DNA of 30,752 nucleotides from Escherichia coli (GTDB lineage Bacteria; Pseudomonadota; Gammaproteobacteria; Enterobacterales; Enterobacteriaceae): NCBI RefSeq assembly GCF_003334315.1, contig NZ_QOWR01000055.1; one strand, 5' to 3'. Shown piece by piece: positions 22,240 to 30,752 of this stretch (position 1 is its first letter; each line of letters starts with the position of its first letter). The notes under the pieces were generated by a model. It saw only the letters and a program-made list of their open reading frames with translations, ran no database searches and was not told where the DNA came from. The position numbers and the translations under genes were made by a program.

Positions 22240-22977
22240 ATGGAAAGCCCTACTCCACAGCCTGCTCCTGGTTCGGCGACCTTCATGGAAGGATGCAAAG
22301 ACAGTTTACCGATTGTTATTAGTTATATTCCGGTGGCCTTTGCGTTCGGTCTGAATGCGACCCGTCTGGGATTCTCTCCTCTCGAAAGCGTTTTTTTCTC
22401 CTGCATCATTTATGCAGGCGCGAGCCAGTTCGTCATTACCGCGATGCTGGCAGCCGGGAGTAGTTTGTGGATTGCTGCACTGACCGTCATGGCAATGGAT
22501 GTTCGCCATGTGTTGTATGGCCCGTCACTGCGTAGCCGTATTATTCAGCGTCTGCAAAAATCGAAAACCGCCCTGTGGGCGTTTGGCCTGACGGATGAGG
22601 TTTTTGCCGCCGCAACCGCAAAACTGGTACGCAATAATCGCCGCTGGAGCGAGAACTGGATGATCGGCATTGCCTTCAGTTCATGGTCATCGTGGGTATT
22701 TGGTACGGTAATAGGGGCATTCTCCGGCAGCGGCTTGCTGCAAGGTTATCCCGCCGTTGAAGCTGCATTAGGTTTTATGCTTCCGGCACTCTTTATGAGT
22801 TTCCTGCTCGCCTCTTTCCAGCGCAAACAATCTCTTTGCGTTACCGCAGCGTTAGTTGGTGCCCTTGCAGGCGTAACGCTATTTTCTATTCCCGTCGCCA
22901 TTCTGGCAGGCATTGTCTGTGGCTGCCTCACTGCGTTAATCCAGGCATTCTGGCAAGGAGCGCCCGATGAGCTATGA
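22240..22977 (+). CDS. ygaZ: AzlC-family branched-chain amino acid (L-valine) exporter subunit YgaZ
   Basis: 245-aa polytopic membrane ORF; ygaZH operon context. Confidence 0.9.
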
Positions 22978-23302
22978 GGTTCTGCTGCTTGGGTTACTAG
23001 TTGGCGTGGCGAATTATTGCTTCCGCTATTTGCCGCTGCGCCTGCGTGTGGGTAATGCCCGCCCAACCAAACGTGGCGCGGTAGGTATTTTGCTCGACAC
23101 CATTGGCATCGCCTCGATATGCGCTCTGCTGGTTGTCTCTACCGCACCAGAAGTGATGCACGATACACGCCGTTTCGTGCCCACGCTGGTCGGCTTCGCG
23201 GTACTGGGTGCCAGTTTCTATAAAACACGCAGCATTATCATCCCAACACTGCTTAGTGCGCTGGCCTATGGGCTCGCCTGGAAAGTGATGGCGATTATAT
23301 AA
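22967..23302 (+). CDS. ygaH: AzlD-family L-valine exporter small subunit YgaH
   Basis: 111-aa hydrophobic ORF; start overlaps ygaZ end by 11 nt. Confidence 0.9.
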
Positions 23303-23392
23303 CCCACAAGAATCATTTTTCTAAAACAATACATTTACTTTATTTGTCACTGTCGTTACTATATCGGCTGAAATTAATGAGGTCATACCCAA

Positions 23393-23923
23393 ATGGATAG
23401 TTCGTTTACGCCCATTGAACAAATGCTAAAATTTCGCGCCAGCCGCCACGAAGATTTTCCTTATCAGGAGATCCTTCTGACTCGTCTTTGCATGCACATG
23501 CAAAGCAAGCTGCTGGAGAACCGCAATAAAATGCTGAAGGCTCAGGGGATTAACGAGACGTTGTTTATGGCGTTGATTACGCTGGAGTCTCAGGAAAACC
23601 ACAGTATTCAGCCTTCTGAATTAAGTTGTGCTCTTGGATCATCCCGTACCAACGCGACGCGTATTGCCGATGAACTGGAAAAACGCGGTTGGATCGAACG
23701 TCGTGAAAGCGATAACGATCGCCGCTGCCTGCATCTGCAATTAACGGAAAAAGGTCACGAGTTTTTGCGCGAGGTTTTACCACCGCAGCATAACTGCCTG
23801 CATCAACTCTGGTCCGCGCTCAGCACAACAGAAAAAGATCAGCTCGAGCAAATCACCCGCAAATTGCTCTCCCGTCTCGACCAGATGGAACAAGACGGTG
23901 TGGTTCTCGAAGCGATGAGCTAA
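23393..23923 (+). CDS. mprA: MarR-family transcriptional repressor MprA (EmrR)
   Basis: 176-aa ORF with MarR-type winged HTH; directly upstream of emrAB. Confidence 0.95.
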
Positions 23924-23970
23924 CGCGTCATCTCGCTCAAAAATCCAGATTTATAAAAGAAAAAATGACT

Positions 23971-23999
23971 GGCCAGCATCGCAACATGCTGGCCTTTTT
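23971..23999 (+). terminator. Intra-operon hairpin plus T-run between mprA and emrA (candidate attenuator)
   Basis: ggccagcatcgc/aacatgctggcc near-perfect stem at 23971..23994 followed by ttttt (23995..23999); 48 bp after mprA stop and about 50 bp before emrA start. Confidence 0.55.
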
Positions 24000-24049
24000 G
24001 GCAAGCAGGTCGGCTCAGCCGATGAGTTAAGAAGATCGTGGAGAACAAT

Positions 24050-25222
24050 ATGAGCGCAAATGCGGAGACTCAAACCCCGCAGCAACCGGTAAAGAAGAGC
24101 GGCAAACGTAAGCGTCTGCTCCTCCTTCTCACCTTGCTCTTTATAATTATTGCCGTAGCGATAGGGATTTATTGGTTTTTGGTACTGCGTCACTTCGAAG
24201 AAACCGATGACGCATACGTGGCAGGGAATCAAATTCAAATTATGTCTCAGGTGTCTGGCAGCGTGACGAAAGTCTGGGCCGATAACACCGATTTTGTAAA
24301 AGAAGGCGACGTGCTGGTCACTCTCGACCCGACAGATGCTCGCCAGGCGTTTGAAAAAGCCAAAACTGCACTGGCTTCCAGCGTTCGCCAAACCCACCAG
24401 CTGATGATTAACAGCAAGCAGTTGCAGGCGAATATTGAGGTGCAGAAAATCGCCCTCGCGAAAGCACAAAGCGACTACAACCGCCGTGTGCCGCTGGGCA
24501 ATGCCAACCTGATTGGTCGCGAAGAGCTGCAACACGCCCGCGACGCCGTCACCAGTGCCCAGGCGCAACTGGACGTCGCGATTCAACAATACAATGCCAA
24601 TCAGGCGATGATTCTGGGGACTAAACTGGAAGATCAGCCAGCCGTGCAACAGGCTGCCACCGAAGTACGTAACGCCTGGCTGGCGCTGGAGCGTACTCGT
24701 ATTATCAGTCCGATGACCGGTTATGTCTCCCGCCGCGCGGTACAGCCTGGGGCGCAAATTAGCCCAACGACGCCGCTGATGGCGGTCGTTCCAGCCACCA
24801 ATATGTGGGTGGATGCCAACTTTAAAGAGACGCAGATTGCCAATATGCGTATCGGTCAGCCGGTCACTATCACCACGGATATTTACGGCGATGATGTGAA
24901 ATACACCGGTAAAGTGGTTGGTCTGGATATGGGCACAGGTAGCGCGTTCTCACTGCTTCCAGCGCAAAATGCGACCGGTAACTGGATCAAAGTCGTTCAG
25001 CGTCTGCCTGTGCGTATCGAACTGGACCAGAAACAGCTGGAGCAATATCCGCTGCGTATCGGTTTGTCCACGCTGGTGAGCGTCAATACCACTAACCGTG
25101 ACGGTCAGGTACTGGCAAATAAAGTACGTTCCACTCCGGTAGCGGTAAGCACCGCGCGTGAAATCAGCCTGGCACCTGTCAATAAACTGATCGACGATAT
25201 CGTAAAAGCTAACGCTGGCTAA
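24050..25222 (+). CDS. emrA: Multidrug efflux pump membrane-fusion (periplasmic adaptor) protein EmrA
   Basis: ORF 24038..25222 begins at GTG; I prefer the ATG at 24050 (MSANAETQTPQQPVKKSGKRKR..., 390 aa) with GGAG RBS at 24041..24044. N-terminal TM anchor and coiled-coil region. Confidence 0.94.
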   Translation: MSANAETQTPQQPVKKSGKRKRLLLLLTLLFIIIAVAIGIYWFLVLRHFEETDDAYVAGNQIQIMSQVSGSVTKVWADNTDFVKEGDVLVTLDPTDARQAFEKAKTALASSVRQTHQLMINSKQLQANIEVQKIALAKAQSDYNRRVPLGNANLIGREELQHARDAVTSAQAQLDVAIQQYNANQAMILGTKLEDQPAVQQAATEVRNAWLALERTRIISPMTGYVSRRAVQPGAQISPTTPLMAVVPATNMWVDANFKETQIANMRIGQPVTITTDIYGDDVKYTGKVVGLDMGTGSAFSLLPAQNATGNWIKVVQRLPVRIELDQKQLEQYPLRIGLSTLVSVNTTNRDGQVLANKVRSTPVAVSTAREISLAPVNKLIDDIVKANAG

Positions 25223-25238
25223 TCCAGAGGTGCGTGTG

Positions 25239-26777
25239 ATGCAACAGCAAAAACCGCTGGAAGGCGCGCAACTGGTCATTATGACGATTGCGCTGTCACT
25301 GGCGACATTCATGCAGGTGCTGGACTCCACCATTGCTAACGTGGCGATCCCCACTATCGCCGGGAATCTGGGCTCATCGCTCAGCCAGGGAACGTGGGTA
25401 ATCACTTCTTTCGGGGTGGCGAATGCCATCTCGATCCCGCTTACCGGCTGGCTGGCAAAGCGCGTCGGGGAAGTGAAACTGTTCCTTTGGTCCACCATCG
25501 CCTTTGCTATTGCGTCGTGGGCGTGTGGTGTCTCCAGCAGCCTGAATATGCTGATCTTCTTCCGCGTGATTCAGGGGATTGTCGCCGGGCCGTTGATCCC
25601 GCTTTCGCAAAGTCTATTGCTGAATAACTACCCGCCAGCCAAACGCTCGATCGCGCTGGCGTTGTGGTCGATGACGGTGATTGTCGCGCCAATTTGCGGC
25701 CCGATCCTCGGCGGTTATATCAGCGATAATTACCACTGGGGCTGGATATTCTTCATCAACGTGCCGATTGGCGTGGCGGTGGTGTTGATGACACTGCAAA
25801 CTCTGCGCGGACGTGAAACCCGCACCGAACGGCGGCGGATTGATGCCGTGGGGCTGGCACTGCTGGTTATTGGTATCGGCAGCCTGCAGATTATGCTCGA
25901 CCGCGGTAAAGAGCTGGACTGGTTTTCATCACAGGAAATTATCATCCTTACCGTGGTGGCGGTGGTGGCTATCTGCTTCCTGATTGTCTGGGAGCTGACC
26001 GACGATAACCCGATAGTCGATCTGTCGTTGTTTAAGTCGCGCAACTTCACCATCGGCTGCTTGTGTATCAGCCTCGCGTATATGCTCTACTTCGGCGCTA
26101 TTGTTCTGCTGCCGCAGTTGTTGCAGGAGGTCTACGGTTACACGGCGACCTGGGCAGGTTTGGCCTCTGCGCCGGTAGGGATTATTCCGGTGATCCTGTC
26201 GCCGATTATCGGCCGCTTCGCGCATAAACTGGATATGCGGCGGCTGGTAACCTTCAGCTTTATTATGTATGCCGTCTGCTTCTACTGGCGTGCCTATACC
26301 TTTGAACCAGGTATGGATTTTGGCGCGTCGGCCTGGCCGCAGTTTATCCAGGGGTTTGCGGTGGCCTGCTTCTTTATGCCGCTGACCACCATTACGCTGT
26401 CTGGTTTGCCACCGGAACGACTGGCGGCGGCATCGAGCCTCTCTAACTTTACGCGAACGCTGGCGGGGTCTATCGGCACGTCGATAACCACGACCATGTG
26501 GACCAACCGCGAGTCGATGCACCATGCGCAGTTGACTGAGTCGGTAAACCCGTTCAACCCGAATGCCCAGGCGATGTACAGTCAACTGGAAGGGCTTGGG
26601 ATGACGCAACAGCAGGCATCAGGCTGGATTGCCCAGCAGATCACCAATCAGGGGCTGATTATTTCCGCCAATGAGATCTTCTGGATGTCAGCCGGGATAT
26701 TCCTCGTCCTGCTGGGGCTGGTGTGGTTTGCTAAACCGCCATTTGGCGCAGGTGGCGGCGGAGGCGGTGCGCACTAA
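25239..26777 (+). CDS. emrB: MFS multidrug efflux pump EmrB (14-TM DHA2 family)
   Basis: ORF 25230..26777; ATG at 25239 (MQQQKPLEGAQLVIMTIALS..., 512 aa). Confidence 0.94.
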   Translation: MQQQKPLEGAQLVIMTIALSLATFMQVLDSTIANVAIPTIAGNLGSSLSQGTWVITSFGVANAISIPLTGWLAKRVGEVKLFLWSTIAFAIASWACGVSSSLNMLIFFRVIQGIVAGPLIPLSQSLLLNNYPPAKRSIALALWSMTVIVAPICGPILGGYISDNYHWGWIFFINVPIGVAVVLMTLQTLRGRETRTERRRIDAVGLALLVIGIGSLQIMLDRGKELDWFSSQEIIILTVVAVVAICFLIVWELTDDNPIVDLSLFKSRNFTIGCLCISLAYMLYFGAIVLLPQLLQEVYGYTATWAGLASAPVGIIPVILSPIIGRFAHKLDMRRLVTFSFIMYAVCFYWRAYTFEPGMDFGASAWPQFIQGFAVACFFMPLTTITLSGLPPERLAAASSLSNFTRTLAGSIGTSITTTMWTNRESMHHAQLTESVNPFNPNAQAMYSQLEGLGMTQQQASGWIAQQITNQGLIISANEIFWMSAGIFLVLLGLVWFAKPPFGAGGGGGGAH

Positions 26778-26785
26778 GTACAACT

Positions 26786-26813
26786 AAGCCAGTTCATTTG
26801 AACTGGCTTTTTT
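26786..26813. terminator. Terminator between convergent emrB and luxS (stronger in the + direction)
   Basis: Stem gccagttca/tgaactggc followed by tttttt on + strand; flanked by A-rich sequence on the other side. Confidence 0.7.
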
Positions 26814-26840
26814 CAATTAATTGTGAAGATAGTTTACTGA

Positions 26841-27356
26841 CTAGATGTGCAGTTCCTGCAACTTCTCTTTCGGCAGTGCCAGTTCTTCGTTGCTGTTGAT
26901 GCGTACGTCACGTTCCAGAATGCTACGCGCAATATCCTGCGCTTCCTGCAACGAGTGCATCTGGTAAGTGCCACACTGGTAGACGTTCAGTTCCGGGATC
27001 TGATTCTGATCCTGCACTTTCAGCACGTCTTCCATTGCCGCTTTCCAGGCATCAGCAACACGCTGCTCATCTGGCGTACCAATCAGACTCATATAAAAAC
27101 CGGTGCGGCAGCCCATTGGCGAGATATCGATAATCTCTACACCATTACCGTTAAGATGGTTACGCATAAAACCAGCAAACAGGTGCTCCAGGGTATGGAT
27201 CCCTCTTTCTGGCATCACTTCTTTGTTCGGCACGCAGAAGCGCAGATCGAACACGGTGATTGCGTCGCCATGCGGGGTGTTCATTGTTTTCGCCACCCGA
27301 ACTGCAGGCGCTTCCATCCGGGTATGATCGACTGTGAAGCTATCTAACAACGGCAT
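26841..27356 (-). CDS. luxS: S-ribosylhomocysteine lyase LuxS (AI-2 synthase)
   Basis: 171-aa minus-strand [26 protein letters not shown]... with metal-binding HxxEH motif (HTLEHL). Confidence 0.97.
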
Positions 27357-27391
27357 TTAGCCACCTCCGGTAATTTTTTTAAAAATTTTCT

Positions 27392-27418
27392 GAACTCTTT
27401 CTTCCCAGGCGAGTCTGA
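27392..27418 (+). promoter_or_regulatory. Sigma-E type promoter for MicA (-35 GAACTC, 16-bp spacer, -10 TCTGA)
   Basis: GAACTC at 27392..27397 and TCTGA at 27414..27418, 7 nt upstream of the MicA 5' end; matches the sigma-E consensus GGAACTT-N16-TCTGA. Confidence 0.55.
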
Positions 27419-27424
27419 GTATAT

Positions 27425-27497
27425 GAAAGACGCGCATTTGTTATCATCATCCCTGAATTCAGAGATGAAATTTTGGCCACTCACGAGTGGCCTTTTT
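27425..27497 (+). ncRNA. micA: Hfq-dependent small RNA MicA (SraD), sigma-E regulon
   Basis: Sequence gaaagacgcgcatttgttatcatcatccctgaattcagagatgaaattttggccactcacgagtggccttttt matches MicA as I recall it, including terminator hairpin ggccactcacgagtggcc + T-run; located in the luxS-gshA intergenic region, divergent from luxS and convergent with gshA. Confidence 0.85.
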
Positions 27498-27505
27498 CTT
27501 TTCTG

Positions 27506-29089
<1,584 letters not shown>

Positions 29090-29134
29090 TTAATTAGCAT
29101 AACTGTAATGGTGACCATATGTGCAGGCCTACAA

Positions 29135-29563
29135 TTAGTGCCACCACATCATGCCCTGAACGGTCGCTGCTGCAACTGCAACATAGCGTAACGCTTTACC
29201 AAGGCACAAAAAAAAGATTACCGGTCCCCACGAGATGCGCATCCATCCCGCTAACAGACACAGTAAATCGCCAACCACGGGCATCCAGCTTAATAATAGC
29301 GTGACTGCACCATAGCGTTTCAGCCAGCCGGTAGCTTTCTCTTGCCAGCGCGATGTTTTACGCAATGGAAAGAAACGCCCAAGGATAACGTTAGTTAACC
29401 CTCCAAGGCTATTACCCATTGTTGCTGTTAAAACTAAAACCCAGGGATGACTGATCCCGGAAAGCAACATTGCCACCAGCACGACTTCGGAGTTGCCGGG
29501 TAATAGTGTAGCGCTGAGAAAACTACTGGCAAACAACGAGAAAAGCGATAACGCTTCACTCAC
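29135..29563 (-). CDS. yqaA: Inner membrane protein YqaA
   Basis: 142-aa hydrophobic minus-strand ORF; start overlaps yqaB stop by 4 nt. Confidence 0.9.
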   Translation of the reverse strand: MSEALSLFSLFASSFLSATLLPGNSEVVLVAMLLSGISHPWVLVLTATMGNSLGGLTNVILGRFFPLRKTSRWQEKATGWLKRYGAVTLLLSWMPVVGDLLCLLAGWMRISWGPVIFFLCLGKALRYVAVAAATVQGMMWWH

Positions 29564-30126
29564 AGCAAGCGAACATCCACGGCGTCCATGCCTGCTGCAC
29601 GGGCCGCCTGAATACCGAAATCGGCATCTTCAAAGACCACACACTGCGTCGGTTGCACGCCCATACGCTGCGCGCACAACAAAAATGTGTCTGGCGCGGG
29701 TTTATGGTGTTTGACGTGATCGGCAGCGACGACGGCGTCAAAATAACGGCGTAATCCCAGGTGCGCCAGCAATGCCTCAGCGATGGCGCTTTCACTCCCC
29801 GTTCCTACAGCCATTGGGCGACGACCATGCCAACTTTTCACCACTTCAACAAGAGGAAGCGGCTCGACACTATCCAGCAGCATACTTCTTACTGCTTCTG
29901 TTTTTTCACGCGCTAACGCATGCGGGTCGAGATCGGCCTGATTCAGCTCAATAATTGCCTGAGCAATACGCCAGGTGGGCGATCCATTAAGCGCAATCAT
30001 TGCCTGAACATCGTACTGAAGACCGTAGTGCCCTAATACTTCGCGCCACGCTTTACGGTGCGTAGGCTCCGTATCCAGGATTGTGCCATCCATATCAAAA
30101 ATTAAACCTGCATAACGCTCGTACAT
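29560..30126 (-). CDS. yqaB: HAD-superfamily sugar phosphatase YqaB (fructose-1-phosphate phosphatase)
   Basis: 188-aa minus-strand ORF with HAD motif I DMDGTILDTE near N-terminus. Confidence 0.9.
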   Translation of the reverse strand: MYERYAGLIFDMDGTILDTEPTHRKAWREVLGHYGLQYDVQAMIALNGSPTWRIAQAIIELNQADLDPHALAREKTEAVRSMLLDSVEPLPLVEVVKSWHGRRPMAVGTGSESAIAEALLAHLGLRRYFDAVVAADHVKHHKPAPDTFLLCAQRMGVQPTQCVVFEDADFGIQAARAAGMDAVDVRLL

Positions 30127-30273
30127 GGTCTTCTCGCAAGTCGAAAAATATGACGCTACTTTAGCGTAATTGCTTGATTTTGTCGCTGATGGCGAAGGAG
30201 AAGAAAATTCAGGAAATGGATAAAGGAGTTATTTAGAAATGAGATATTTTTGAAGGAAATTTTTTGGAGAAGA

Positions 30274-30406
30274 TGGTGCATCCGGGAGGATGACTCACTG
30301 ACGTTCGCCCTTCGGGCCGTTGCTGGCGCAACGTTATCCTTCCTGGTGCCTGCGGCTAATACCGCTATCTCTTCGATACCTTCATTGCTGAAGGTTACGG
30401 AGAATA
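30274..30406 (-). repeat. Spacer repeat unit beginning with a 17-nt copy of the tRNA-Arg 3' end (pseudo-tRNA 3' fragment)
   Basis: tggtgcatccgggagga at 30274..30290 is identical to the first 17 nt of the adjacent tRNA (its 3' end incl. CCA on the minus strand) and then diverges; the unit is nearly identical to 30547..30681. Confidence 0.7.
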
Positions 30407-30483
30407 TGGTGCATCCGGGAGGATTCGAACCTCCGACCGCTCGGTTCGTAGCCGAGTACTCTATCCAGCTGAGCTACGGATGC
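30407..30483 (-). tRNA. argQ: tRNA-Arg (anticodon ACG)
   Basis: Reverse complement reads GCATCCGTAGCTCAGCTGGATAGAGTACTCGGCTACGAACCGAGCGGTCGGAGGTTCGAATCCTCCCGGATGCACCA, with ACG anticodon in CGGCTACGAACCG and encoded CCA. Locus name assumes K-12-like order (first Arg tRNA after yqaB). Confidence 0.93.
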
Positions 30484-30546
30484 ATCGGGAAAACTTATTC
30501 TACTGCTGATATTGATACCGCTACTAAAGCCATATCAATTAAGAGA

Positions 30547-30681
30547 TGGTGCATCCGGGAGGATTACTCGCCTTGCGGCTCGCCCTTCGGGCCGTTGCTA
30601 AAGCAACGTTATCCTTCCTGGTGCCTGCGGCTAATACCGCTATCTCTTCGATACCTTCATTGCTGAAGGTTACGGAGAATA
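30547..30681 (-). repeat. Second copy of the spacer repeat unit with pseudo-tRNA 3' fragment
   Basis: Near-identical to 30274..30406 apart from a short variable block (tgactcactgacgtt vs ttactcgccttgcggct) and ctggcgcaa vs ctaaagcaa. Confidence 0.7.
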
Positions 30682-30752
30682 TGGTGCATCCGGGAGGATT
30701 CGAACCTCCGACCGCTCGGTTCGTAGCCGAGTACTCTATCCAGCTGAGCTAC
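30682..30752 (-). tRNA. argZ: tRNA-Arg (ACG), second copy, truncated by the window edge (5' end missing)
   Basis: Identical to 30407..30477 over the 71 nt present; 275-bp spacing from the first copy. Confidence 0.88.

Noticed and set aside
26740-26777. Glycine run (GAGGGGGGAH) at the emrB C-terminus as a possible frameshift or slippery site
   Set aside because: The ORF terminates cleanly just after it and the protein length matches the expected 512 aa; no evidence of a frameshift.
30250-30666. 138-aa + strand ORF across the tRNA cluster
   Set aside because: Spans tRNA genes and their repeated spacers; repeated peptide segments are produced by the 275-bp DNA periodicity, not by a real coding sequence.
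30274-30752. Possible CRISPR array suggested by periodic repeats
   Set aside because: Repeat unit is 275 bp and contains a tRNA; there are no short 28-37 bp direct repeats with unique spacers and no cas genes nearby.

Overview
This window reads as a conserved Escherichia coli-type (Enterobacteriaceae) core chromosomal segment, recognised from the supplied ORF translations and from motifs I read directly in the DNA; no database search was run. Gene order on the + strand coordinates: a decayed alpha-amylase-like pseudogene (ygaQ-type), csiD(glaH)-lhgO-gabD-gabT-gabP-csiR, ygaU(kbp), yqaE, ygaV-ygaP, stpA, alaE, ygaC, ygaM, nrdHIEF, proVWX, ygaY-ygaZ-ygaH, mprA(emrR)-emrA-emrB, luxS, the sRNA MicA, gshA, yqaA-yqaB, and the start of a tandem tRNA-Arg(ACG) cluster. 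Several ORF-track starts are over-extended (csiD, gabP, csiR, ygaU, ygaM, proV, proX, emrA, emrB) and were trimmed to the start that gives the expected protein N-terminus. I see no CRISPR array, transposase, integrase, phage or defence-system genes and no evidence of a previously undescribed system; this is ordinary, well-characterised core genome. The points most worth a second look are the pseudogene remnant at the 5' end, an apparently intact ygaY (which I recall as a pseudogene in K-12 MG1655), the hairpin between mprA and emrA, the tandem REP units after proX, and the repeat-embedded tRNA-Arg units at the 3' end.
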